Below the pieces are notes generated by a model that was not told the origin of the DNA, made no database searches, and saw nothing but the letters and a program-made list of their open reading frames with translations. Positions 9,504 to 18,031 of a DNA stretch of 64,000 nt are shown here, in pieces. The first letter of the stretch is position 1. Each line of letters begins with the position of its first letter. This stretch comes from an uncultured bacterium (GTDB lineage: Bacteria > Patescibacteriota > Minisyncoccia > Phycocordibacterales > JAACPR01). Location: NCBI GenBank assembly GCA_937858275.1, contig CALLZK010000006.1, forward strand, positions 13,389-77,388, given 5' to 3'. Made by a program: the position numbers and the translations under genes.

Positions 9504-9657
9504 GAAAAAAAGTTCTCGCATTTTTTCATTAAAGTTACATTGTTCTGTAATATTAAATGCCTTTTCGTGTAATATTTGTCATATTTTATTCGCTCAGGAC
9601 ACGTTGAATATTGAAATGGAAATTCTTTAAACGGACATTGCGGGTCAATGCGGTAAA

Positions 9658-9683
9658 GGTTCCGAACTCGAGACGGTGAGCCC
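9658..9683 (+). repeat. Degenerate cassette-boundary repeat R3b (GGTTCCGAACTCGAGACGGTGAGCCC) inside a G+C-rich non-coding stretch
   Basis: Shares the GGTTCGAAC ... GACGG.GAGCC core. Confidence 0.45.
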
Positions 9684-9771
9684 GTTTGACATGCTAACTA
9701 TTCTAATATATAATACATAAAAATCCGTACCTTCACTTTAGTTCAACAAACAAAAACCAAGGAGAGTAGAC

Positions 9772-10203
9772 ATGAATTGGCAAATATTGGCTTTTATATC
9801 CTGTATATGTTTTGGAGTAGCAAGTATTTTCTCGGCACACGTTGCGAAAATACAATCAAGCACTGTAACATTCCTGATATACACGGCCGGGATGTTCGTG
9901 GTATCTATAATTACTATACTTATTTCAAACATACGGGATGTTACGTTCAGTAAAGAGGCTATTTCGATTGCATTGGCGGCTGGAGTATTAGCATCGATTG
10001 CTGTACTACTGCAACTTGTAGCATTCGCAAAGTGGTCAGATAAGTTCGCTCTAATAGTGATTGTTGGTAGTTTATATCCAGCAGTTGTTATGGCATTCTC
10101 TGTATTCAGCGGACATAAATTCAGCGCAACACAGTGGCTAGGGTTTATCTGCGCAATTGTAGCAATAATCCTAATAAGTATGCCCCAAAAAATATCTCAG
10201 TAA
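9772..10203 (+). CDS. Small 4-TM membrane protein (EamA/DMT half-transporter-like)
   Basis: Hydrophobicity pattern; G+C clearly above background; own AGGAG RBS and TATAAT box. Confidence 0.45.
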   Translation: MNWQILAFISCICFGVASIFSAHVAKIQSSTVTFLIYTAGMFVVSIITILISNIRDVTFSKEAISIALAAGVLASIAVLLQLVAFAKWSDKFALIVIVGSLYPAVVMAFSVFSGHKFSATQWLGFICAIVAIILISMPQKISQ

Positions 10204-10285
10204 AACACCCATCACTTCAGCACAGATAACTCATCACTGTGACAAAGTGATGGGTTTTCTTTTATCCAACTCCCCCATTTCATAC

Positions 10286-10320
10286 AAAACAGGTTCGAAC
10301 GCCCTTCACCAGACAGAGCA
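10286..10320 (+). repeat. Cassette-boundary repeat R4 (CAAAACAGGTTCGAACGCCCTTCACCAGACAGAGCA)
   Basis: Same family. Confidence 0.6.
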
Positions 10321-10384
10321 AAAATTGACTCTTTATATTAACTGTAGTAATGTCAAATCAGAGTTCTTACGAAAGGAATAAGAA

Positions 10385-10675
10385 ATGAAAGTAACTTTTA
10401 TCTTCAATTTGATTACCGAAAATGGAAGTAATCGTGGTCACGCAAGGAAAGTAGAGGACGTACCGTGGATTGAAAGTGGTATGGAAATTTGTTTTCCCTA
10501 TTCGGGTCAATCTTTCATAATCGATTCAACCTCACTCATGATTGGCACCAAAGAGATTATGGCCTGGATAAAAAATCATGATGGTACCCCCATCAATAAC
10601 TATGCTGTCGTCGAGACCTTCAAGTCGAATGGATGGGAAGTTTGCGACATCGGAGTCGGCCAAGGAATGATTTGA
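10385..10675 (+). CDS. Hypothetical protein (cassette ORF, elevated G+C)
   Basis: ORF only. Confidence 0.4.
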   Translation: MKVTFIFNLITENGSNRGHARKVEDVPWIESGMEICFPYSGQSFIIDSTSLMIGTKEIMAWIKNHDGTPINNYAVVETFKSNGWEVCDIGVGQGMI

Positions 10676-10775
10676 GAAAGGTGACCGCCAAAAAGTCTTG
10701 ACCCCCTTAGCTTAATTGCTGAGGGGAGTCTTTTTATATAGAGGGTCGTATTAGATATAATTGCTATTCCCTACT

Positions 10776-10810
10776 CACACAGGTTCGAACTAGTCTTAGT
10801 CCGCGGAGAC
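10776..10810 (+). repeat. Cassette-boundary repeat R5 (CACACAGGTTCGAACTAGTCTTAGTCCGCGGAGAC)
   Basis: Same family. Confidence 0.6.
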
Positions 10811-10841
10811 AGCTATAGCTTTTTTTGATACACTTAAAATT

Positions 10842-11192
10842 ATGAGAAATTTTGAAAAACTAGCAGAAAATAAAAATGAGGGGTATCCGGGAATTTCAAT
10901 AGAACAAATTAATTCTCTTTCGAATATTTTTAGAAATTTCGAAAAAATTGGAAGCGTAACATTATTCGGTTCTAGGATTACCGGAGAGCACAAAGATAAT
11001 TCTGACTTAGACATAGCACTAACTGGCGCAGAGGGTAAAAAATTACATTTATCTGATATGTACGACACTATTCACCGATTAGTTATGGAACAAACAGGTC
11101 TTGATGTACACATTAAGATAATTAGCGAGATAAATAATCCGGCGCTACTGCATTCGATAAAAGACCAAGGTGTCGTAATTTACCAAAGATAA
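10842..11192 (+). CDS. Minimal nucleotidyltransferase (MNT, Pol-beta superfamily; antitoxin-type)
   Basis: GSRITGEHKDNSDLDIAL = GS-x9-11-DxD nucleotidyltransferase signature; 116 aa. Confidence 0.6.
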   Translation: MRNFEKLAENKNEGYPGISIEQINSLSNIFRNFEKIGSVTLFGSRITGEHKDNSDLDIALTGAEGKKLHLSDMYDTIHRLVMEQTGLDVHIKIISEINNPALLHSIKDQGVVIYQR

Positions 11193-11221
11193 GTTCGAAC
11201 ATCCTTCACTAGACCGGAGCC
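11189..11221 (+). repeat. Cassette-boundary repeat R6 (TAAGTTCGAACATCCTTCACTAGACCGGAGCC), overlaps the MNT stop codon
   Basis: Same family. Confidence 0.6.
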
Positions 11222-11318
11222 ATGTAGAACAGTTAGCTAATTATAGGATCAATTTATAGGTTTTTCATGTTGTAAACTCTGGCTTTTTCTTATCTTTGTA
11301 AATCAATTAGAATAAAGA

Positions 11319-12059
11319 CTACTGCATGAGCACGAAATTAACCGCTAGTGTGTTTACAAAAATATGTATTATTATCGAAGGTATTAATGATCCACTTTTC
11401 TCATATATCCAACTGCTAAATAATCCGAGAAATAACAGGAAGAAAATAGAAGAAAAACTAAAATGTACTAATGTAAAAATTAATGCGCTAATGACAGATG
11501 ATGTAATAAATAAATATTTCTGCCTTAAGAATTTATATAACACTCCTCTAAAATAGATTTCTTCAGAAATCGGAATCAAAATTCCTACGAACAACTTAAA
11601 ATCGATCAGATTTAAAATTAAATTATCTGACAGTGTAAACTGTAATACATCCATAGTTGTGTTATCTATACCAAAAAAATTATTAAAAATATTAGTTAGG
11701 CTTCCGCCAACAACCACTACCAATATTGCCAAGATTAATGAATATAAAAACCATTTAATAAATTTAATATTTGGATTAATATACATATTTAAGGAAACCC
11801 CCTTTTTGTGTAGAAACAAAATTACAGGAGATAAAATTGAGACGATTAACCCAAAATTTATTATTAAAGATTTAAAGTAATTTTCTATTTCATTAAAATA
11901 CATAGCAAGTAAAACAAAAAAGAAAAACATAAGCAGGCTAGAAAGTGTTATGTAGACAAATTCCTTAAAAGTCCAGAATTCTTTTTTTAATAAATTTTCT
12001 TTATTGATCATATAATTAAAGTATAACATTAGACTATTTACATAACGATAAAATATCAT
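11319..12059 (-). CDS. CPBP (CAAX) family intramembrane metalloprotease, reverse-oriented cassette ORF
   Basis: EEIYFRG (motif 1), FTLVHF (motif 2) and HIFVN (motif 3) in a multi-TM protein. Confidence 0.65.
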   Translation of the reverse strand: MIFYRYVNSLMLYFNYMINKENLLKKEFWTFKEFVYITLSSLLMFFFFVLLAMYFNEIENYFKSLIINFGLIVSILSPVILFLHKKGVSLNMYINPNIKFIKWFLYSLILAILVVVVGGSLTNIFNNFFGIDNTTMDVLQFTLSDNLILNLIDFKLFVGILIPISEEIYFRGVLYKFLRQKYLFITSSVISALIFTLVHFSFSSIFFLLFLGLFSSWIYEKSGSLIPSIIIHIFVNTLAVNFVLMQ

Positions 12060-12093
12060 TAAACTAGTGTTCTTGTTGAATCTTATTTCAATT

Positions 12094-12124
12094 CAGAGTT
12101 CTGAACCTGTCTACTAGACGAATC
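12094..12124 (+). repeat. Cassette-boundary repeat R7 (CAGAGTTCTGAACCTGTCTACTAGACGAATC)
   Basis: Same family; last recognisable copy. Confidence 0.55.
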
Positions 12125-12166
12125 AACTTATATATTTTCACTAAATTATTTGCTACAATTATAAAT

Positions 12167-12547
12167 ATGAAAAATACACAAAAAGGTTTTGTGGTTCTTT
12201 TAATAATTGCAATTGTGGCATTTATGACTGTTGGTGGTGGAATATATTTATATAATTCGAGTCAAATTACAAGACCAGAAACACGATCTTCTAATATAAA
12301 TAATGGTGAAAAAAACAACACAACAGATGAAGATTCACAAAATACAGATACCACAACAGATCCAAATAATTCTGACGACGGTATTATAATTGCTTGTACC
12401 ATGGATGCCATGCAATGCCCTGATGGTAGTTGGATTGGTAGAACTGGAACGAATTGTGAGTTTGCTTGTCCACCATTACCAAAAGTAAATACAGAAACTA
12501 AATCTCAAATTTTTCTTAAGAAAATGAGTGCCGATTACCAACTTTAA
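12167..12547 (+). CDS. Secreted/membrane-anchored Cys-rich small protein
   Basis: N-terminal TM/signal, N/T/D-rich linker and a 6-Cys C-terminal module (CTMDAMQCPDGS...NCEFACPP). Confidence 0.4.
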   Translation: MKNTQKGFVVLLIIAIVAFMTVGGGIYLYNSSQITRPETRSSNINNGEKNNTTDEDSQNTDTTTDPNNSDDGIIIACTMDAMQCPDGSWIGRTGTNCEFACPPLPKVNTETKSQIFLKKMSADYQL

Positions 12548-12776
12548 CCGCCTTTTACACATCTGAATCTGGCACAGGATATACAAATGAAGAAGTAGTC
12601 TGCATTATTCAAGGAATTAGAGAATTTATTCCAGATTACCCACCAATAACGACCCACTATGAACTAATTTGTATGGATATAAAATAATTTTTTATATTAT
12701 CTAAAAAAATAATGTGTGTGGACCCTCTTTTTAGTACTTCACACATGCATTATTATTAACACTAATTAAATAGTTA

Positions 12777-13841
12777 TTATTTATATTTAAAAATTACATC
12801 TTCTAATAGATAAATATTATTTATCACCTCAACATTAAAATTATGAATGCCAACAACCTGCCCCTTTCCCGTTTCAATTACAACTCTCCATTTTCCAGAT
12901 GAGTAATTTGAAACATATGAATAACTTCTGTAACCATAATCTCTGCCGCCCTGTAAATTTATCGGTATTTTGGCGACATTTTGCCATTTATTTGTTTTGG
13001 TATCATATTTTTGCCAGACATGATATATTTCAGTTTTTATTTTTGAAGGAGCAAATACCGAATTAAAAAAATAAATTCTCTGATTTGGAAGTAAAGATAT
13101 TTTTTCTTTCCAATTAATTAAACCTAGCAATTTCACACTATCGTTTTTGTAATCTGTTATTTTATAAATATTGTTTTCTTTTACGACATTTATTCCAATT
13201 TCAGCATCCATCATTACAAGCGGAACTGGTGGAATAAAATTCAAAAAATACATAAAATTTACAATTAAAAAAAGCATTGAGATAGTGACAATGTTTTTCA
13301 GAAATAATATATTTTTATTTATAAATTTTTTAATTATAAATAAATAAAAATAAATTATAGTCAGTGCAACTAAACCACTAATCATAAAAATCCAAAAATT
13401 CATAATTCCTGTGACAATTGGTAAATGAAAAATTAAAAAAGAAAAAATGGCTAAAAAATATACAGAAATTTGAATATTAAAAATTTGATATTGTTTTCGT
13501 AAAAACTCTGTACTTATCATTGCTCCAAATAATAAAATTAAAAATGGCCAACTTGCTGATATTGCTGAGCTTCTCACATAAAAAACAGTAAAAACACTAA
13601 ACAGTCCCCCGAATGTGAAAAATAAAAGAAAATTAAAAATTGAAACATATCTTGATTGTTGGTATTTATTAATTACCATTATAATAATTCCGGCCAACAA
13701 AAGATAAAAAAGCAAAAGTAAATTTTCTGCTAACAAGTCTGATCTTCGTAAAGTTAAACTGTCAATAAAAAATCCACCAAACATAAAAATTGGACCAATA
13801 TATTTTTCATTTTTTTTAAAATAATTTAAAATATTTTTCAT
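12777..13841 (-). CDS. Integral membrane protein with a C-terminal extracytoplasmic domain
   Basis: About 7 predicted TM helices followed by a soluble beta-rich region. Confidence 0.4.
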   Translation of the reverse strand: MKNILNYFKKNEKYIGPIFMFGGFFIDSLTLRRSDLLAENLLLLFYLLLAGIIIMVINKYQQSRYVSIFNFLLFFTFGGLFSVFTVFYVRSSAISASWPFLILLFGAMISTEFLRKQYQIFNIQISVYFLAIFSFLIFHLPIVTGIMNFWIFMISGLVALTIIYFYLFIIKKFINKNILFLKNIVTISMLFLIVNFMYFLNFIPPVPLVMMDAEIGINVVKENNIYKITDYKNDSVKLLGLINWKEKISLLPNQRIYFFNSVFAPSKIKTEIYHVWQKYDTKTNKWQNVAKIPINLQGGRDYGYRSYSYVSNYSSGKWRVVIETGKGQVVGIHNFNVEVINNIYLLEDVIFKYK

Positions 13842-13863
13842 ACAAAAAATTATTTTTCAAAAA

Positions 13864-15243
13864 TCAACCTCTAATCCAATCAGTTTTATCATTTTTATCA
13901 AGAAGATCAATTCCCTTTTCTTTCAAAAAAACTCTTATTTGATCCGCTTTCACAAAATCATTTTCGGCACGATATTTATTTCTCAAATCAATATTTTTTT
14001 GCACTTCCAAATCCGAAATGCTATTTGATTCTAGTTTTTTATAAAAAGCCTTCAAATCAATACCCAAAAACATTGCTCCACCCAAAAGTTTTTCTGCAGA
14101 ATCAATATCACCACCCAATGCCAATTTGTATAGATTTGAAAGATATGCCAAAGCTTTTGGTGTATTCAAGTCATCATATAAAAAAGCAAAAAAAGATTCT
14201 TCAGGATCTTTTGCAATAGAAACATTTTTTATTGCATTTGACCACTTTGTTATTTTTTCTTTTGTTTCTTTTAATAAGTCATCTGTCCAATTTATTTGTG
14301 ACCGATAATGTGAAGAAATTAGAGCTAATCTAATAATTGCTCCATCCCACTTTTCTAAAAGAGAATTTACGGTTAAGAAATTACCAAGAGATTTTGACAT
14401 TTTTTCATTATTTATATTTATTAATCCATTGTGAATCCAAAAATTTGCCATTTTTTTGTCAGTCAAACATGTGCTTTGAGCAATTTCATTTTCATGATGT
14501 GGAAATACAAGATCTATACCACCACCATGTATATCAAATGTTTCTCCCAAATATTTCAAAGACATGGCTGAACACTCGATATGCCAACCTGGCCTACCGT
14601 ATCCCCAAGGAGATTCCCAGCCAATAGTTTCTGAATCTGACGGCTTCCACAAAACAAAATCATTTGAATCTTCTTTGTCTTTTGAAATTTCAATTCTGAC
14701 ACCGTCAATCAAATCACTTAAATTTTGATTAGATAATTTTCCATATTCAGCATATTTGGAAACATCAAAAAAGACATGTTCATTTTTGATATAGGCATAT
14801 TTTTTTTCAATCAAACCAGAGATAAAAGAAATTATTTCCTTTATGTGTTCGCTCACTTTTGGTTCAAAATTAGGTGACAAAACACAAAGATCTTTTAGGT
14901 TGTCATGATAAACCTTTGTGACATTTTTAATCAAAACCTCATGAGATATTTTTTGTTTTTTTACCTCGTTATTTATTTTGTCGTCGACATCTGTAATATT
15001 TCTAACATAAACCACATTTTTTATTCCGTATTTTTTTATTAAAACCCTATATAACAAATCAAAAACAATAGCTGGCCTAGCATTTCCAATGTGCGGATCT
15101 CCATATACAGTTGGTCCGCAAACATACATTTTGACAAAATCATCTTTTATTGGTATAAAAAGTTCTTTTTTCCTATTTAAGGTATTAAAAAAATATAAAT
15201 CTGACATTACTATAAATTTACCAGAAAAAAATAAAAATGTCAT
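13864..15243 (-). CDS. cysS: Cysteine--tRNA ligase
   Basis: HIGNARP (HIGH), KMSKS, CysRS-type zinc-site Cys residues. The likely true start is the internal MSDLYFFNTLNRKKELF (~15207). Confidence 0.9.
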   Translation of the reverse strand: MTFLFFSGKFIVMSDLYFFNTLNRKKELFIPIKDDFVKMYVCGPTVYGDPHIGNARPAIVFDLLYRVLIKKYGIKNVVYVRNITDVDDKINNEVKKQKISHEVLIKNVTKVYHDNLKDLCVLSPNFEPKVSEHIKEIISFISGLIEKKYAYIKNEHVFFDVSKYAEYGKLSNQNLSDLIDGVRIEISKDKEDSNDFVLWKPSDSETIGWESPWGYGRPGWHIECSAMSLKYLGETFDIHGGGIDLVFPHHENEIAQSTCLTDKKMANFWIHNGLININNEKMSKSLGNFLTVNSLLEKWDGAIIRLALISSHYRSQINWTDDLLKETKEKITKWSNAIKNVSIAKDPEESFFAFLYDDLNTPKALAYLSNLYKLALGGDIDSAEKLLGGAMFLGIDLKAFYKKLESNSISDLEVQKNIDLRNKYRAENDFVKADQIRVFLKEKGIDLLDKNDKTDWIRG

Positions 15244-15316
15244 TTTTATAAAGTGAATTTTATTTTTTCAAAAAAATTTGTGTTATAATGAACAAAATTT
15301 GAATTAAAACAAAAAC

Positions 15317-15979
15317 ATGAAAAAAGAGTCGGCCATTATCAGAAACAAAAATGACTTTGCCAAAATTATAAAAAATAATTTTGATTTTTTGTTTTCAAAA
15401 ACAGAAAAAATAAATTTGGGGTTGTGTGGTGGAAACTCAATTATTCCCATTCTAAAAATTCTAACAAAAACAAAAGTAAATTGGCCAAAAATAAATATTT
15501 TTTTGACAGATGAAAGATGGGTAAAATCAGATCACGAGGAAAGTAATTTTTTAATAATCAAAAAGTATTTAATTGAAAAAATAAATATTCCCAAAGAAAA
15601 TATAAATTATTTTGATATAGAAAAAGGTTTAGCAGAATATAATAAAAAATTTAAAAAAAATGGTAATCGTCTTGATTTTATATTTTTTGGAGTTGGAGAA
15701 GATGGTCATATAGCAAGTCTTTTTCCACATCAAAAATCTTTAACAAACAAATCAAACAAATATATCAAAATACACAATTCACCAAAACCGCCAAAAACAA
15801 GGATTAGTCTATCACCAAATGTAATAAAAAACTCCAAATTTAGTGTTGCTTTATTTTTTGGAACAAGTAAAAAAAATTCTTTAGAAAATTTCTTATCTTC
15901 AAAAATAACAACCAATCAATGCCCCGCAAAAATTATAAAATCCTCCAAAAAATATTTTGTTTTTACAGATTTAAAATAA
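15317..15979 (+). CDS. pgl: 6-phosphogluconolactonase
   Basis: LGLCGGNS, LTDERWV and GVGEDGHIASLFP match the 6PGL/DevB signatures. Confidence 0.7.
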   Translation: MKKESAIIRNKNDFAKIIKNNFDFLFSKTEKINLGLCGGNSIIPILKILTKTKVNWPKINIFLTDERWVKSDHEESNFLIIKKYLIEKINIPKENINYFDIEKGLAEYNKKFKKNGNRLDFIFFGVGEDGHIASLFPHQKSLTNKSNKYIKIHNSPKPPKTRISLSPNVIKNSKFSVALFFGTSKKNSLENFLSSKITTNQCPAKIIKSSKKYFVFTDLK

Positions 15980-15984
15980 AAAAA

Positions 15985-17349
15985 TTAATTTTTCCAATTT
16001 TTTATATATTTTTTGACATCAAACTTTTTCTGACACCCGCTTAATGCCATATATCTAATTTGACCAAAAATTGGACGATCAAACCACGGCCTATCATGAA
16101 CACCGCCTATTGACCAAGCAATTCCAGCATAACCATTTGGATCTCTACCATCCATTTCGTATTTATCATTTAAATAAATAGCAATTTCTAAAGCATCTTC
16201 CGGGCCTTTACTCCATTCCAAAATTTTTTTAGCCCAATACATTCTGAGATATCCGTGCATTTTACCGCTTTTAATCATTTGCATCTGACAAGCATTCCAT
16301 AAATCATCATGAGTTTTTGCAAGTTCAAATTGTTTTTTAGAATAAACATATTCTCTTTTGTCTTTTTTTGATTTATTTAAAGTTTTTTTCGCCCAATCAG
16401 GAAAACCAGAAAAATTATCGTAATTCTTTTCATAAAAACAAAAATTATCTGATAATTCTTTACGAACAATTAACTCTTCAAGAAAAGCTCCAGCACTTTC
16501 GGCAAAAGATATTTTTTGACTCAAATTAACTTTGGCTTTATTTTTTTTGTCAGACAAAATTTGTTCTATTTTCAAATTAACCTTTTTACAAATCTCAAGA
16601 GTTATTCTTTGTGAAGACAAAACTCCAAAGTGTAAAAATGGAGAAAAATCTGACTGTCCTGAAATATTTGGATTGTTTCTATCTGTTGCATAATTTTGTA
16701 ATTTTTTGTTCAAAAATTCATTCAAAACTTTTTGAGCAGAAGTATTATGAAAACTATCGAAATCTGATTTTGGATATTCAATCAAAAATTCTGATAATTT
16801 TTTGTATATTTTTGGTCTAAAAGTATAAGCAGCAAATTCTTTTTTATCTGATGCTATTTTTGTGGGTACAATATTGTGAGAATCTATTTCAAAAAATGGA
16901 ATTGTTATTTTTTGATTAATTTTCAAATTCCAATTTTGACATATTTTTAAAGGTGAAAAATCTGTAACCAAGCCAGATGCATTATTTTTTTTACAAAAAT
17001 TTAAAATTAGATCAGCTGTTTTTTGACCATTTTCATCTTCCAAAACAAAAAAATCGTACTTTGTTTTTGATAGGTCTTTTTTGATTTGAGATAAAATACT
17101 TTTTTTAAATTCAAATTGTCTGTTTTGTGATCCCAAAAAATTAGTCACCAGATTATAACACAATATCAAATTTGTTTTGTTTTGCTCTGCCAGAGATTTG
17201 GCAAACAACAAAGACCAATTATCATTTAATCTCATTTCCCTATTCATCCAATATATTATTGGACCTTTTAAAGAAGGTTCTTTGTCATTTAGTTTTGTGG
17301 CTCTACCGTTTTTTAACAAATCTTGTGTTAGATTCATATCATATAGCAT
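15985..17349 (-). CDS. phr: Deoxyribodipyrimidine photo-lyase, class II (CPD photolyase)
   Basis: C-terminal FAD-binding block DGRDPNGYAGIAWSIGGVHDRPWFDRPIFGQIRYM is diagnostic for class II photolyases. Confidence 0.75.
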   Translation of the reverse strand: MLYDMNLTQDLLKNGRATKLNDKEPSLKGPIIYWMNREMRLNDNWSLLFAKSLAEQNKTNLILCYNLVTNFLGSQNRQFEFKKSILSQIKKDLSKTKYDFFVLEDENGQKTADLILNFCKKNNASGLVTDFSPLKICQNWNLKINQKITIPFFEIDSHNIVPTKIASDKKEFAAYTFRPKIYKKLSEFLIEYPKSDFDSFHNTSAQKVLNEFLNKKLQNYATDRNNPNISGQSDFSPFLHFGVLSSQRITLEICKKVNLKIEQILSDKKNKAKVNLSQKISFAESAGAFLEELIVRKELSDNFCFYEKNYDNFSGFPDWAKKTLNKSKKDKREYVYSKKQFELAKTHDDLWNACQMQMIKSGKMHGYLRMYWAKKILEWSKGPEDALEIAIYLNDKYEMDGRDPNGYAGIAWSIGGVHDRPWFDRPIFGQIRYMALSGCQKKFDVKKYIKNWKN

Positions 17350-17384
17350 ATCAAAATATTGTATTTTTTGATATAATTTAAAAC

Positions 17385-18017
17385 ATGATAAAAATTGCTA
17401 TTTTTGGAATAACTGGTCAAACTGGAAAAAATATTTTGGAAATTGTTTCAAATAATTCAAACTATAAAATAAAAGCATTGATTAGAAAAAACACTTCAAC
17501 ATCATCAAATTTCCAAAATATAAATTATATTGTTGGGGATATTTTAAATCAAAATGATGTTGATAAAAATATAGAAAATTGCGATTGTGTAATTAGTGTA
17601 ATCGGTCACAAAAAAAATTCTAATTCGGAGTTGCAAACTCTTGCCATAAAAAACATTATAAATTCTATGAAAAAATATAATGTAAAACGAATAATTAGCC
17701 TGACTGGAACAGGGGTTAGAATTTCTGGTGATAAAATATCTTTGATTGATAAATTAGCAAATTTTATAATAAAAAAAGTTGATTCTAAAAGAATAAGTGA
17801 CGGTATAAATCATTATAACATTTTAAAAAATACGGATTTGGATTGGACAATATTGAGAGTTTTGAAATTAACAAATATAAATAAAATTGAAAAATATACA
17901 TTAACAGAAAACGGTCCGGCCAAAACTTTTATTTCAAGAAAAACTGTAGCAAAAATTATTATTGATTTGATAGACGATAAAGTTTTTTTGAAAAAACTCC
18001 CCGTTATTTCTAAATGA
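17385..18017 (+). CDS. NAD(P)H-binding (NmrA/atypical SDR-like) protein
   Basis: IAIFGITGQTGKNI Rossmann GxxGxxG at the N-terminus; ~210 aa. Confidence 0.5.
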   Translation: MIKIAIFGITGQTGKNILEIVSNNSNYKIKALIRKNTSTSSNFQNINYIVGDILNQNDVDKNIENCDCVISVIGHKKNSNSELQTLAIKNIINSMKKYNVKRIISLTGTGVRISGDKISLIDKLANFIIKKVDSKRISDGINHYNILKNTDLDWTILRVLKLTNINKIEKYTLTENGPAKTFISRKTVAKIIIDLIDDKVFLKKLPVISK

Positions 18018-18031
18018 AAATTTTGAGAAAT

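Noticed and set aside
9540-9740. Small structured ncRNA in the G+C-rich spacer
   Set aside because: Hairpin potential exists, but there is no recognisable family (tmRNA, RNase P, SRP, 6S) and no conservation evidence. It is more likely an attachment-site remnant.
6981-12124. Calling the repeats canonical integron attC sites
   Set aside because: I could not identify R''/R' core sites matching RYYYAAC / GTTRRRY. No clear long imperfect palindrome spanning each repeat was visible by eye. They are described instead as a T-arm-like repeat family; the attC status needs structural modelling.
5486-12600. Integron integrase or other recombinase next to the cassette array
   Set aside because: No ORF in the flanks has tyrosine or serine recombinase motifs. 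The flanks hold hpf, DUF167 and tRNA on the left, and a membrane protein and cysS on the right. If one exists it is outside this window.
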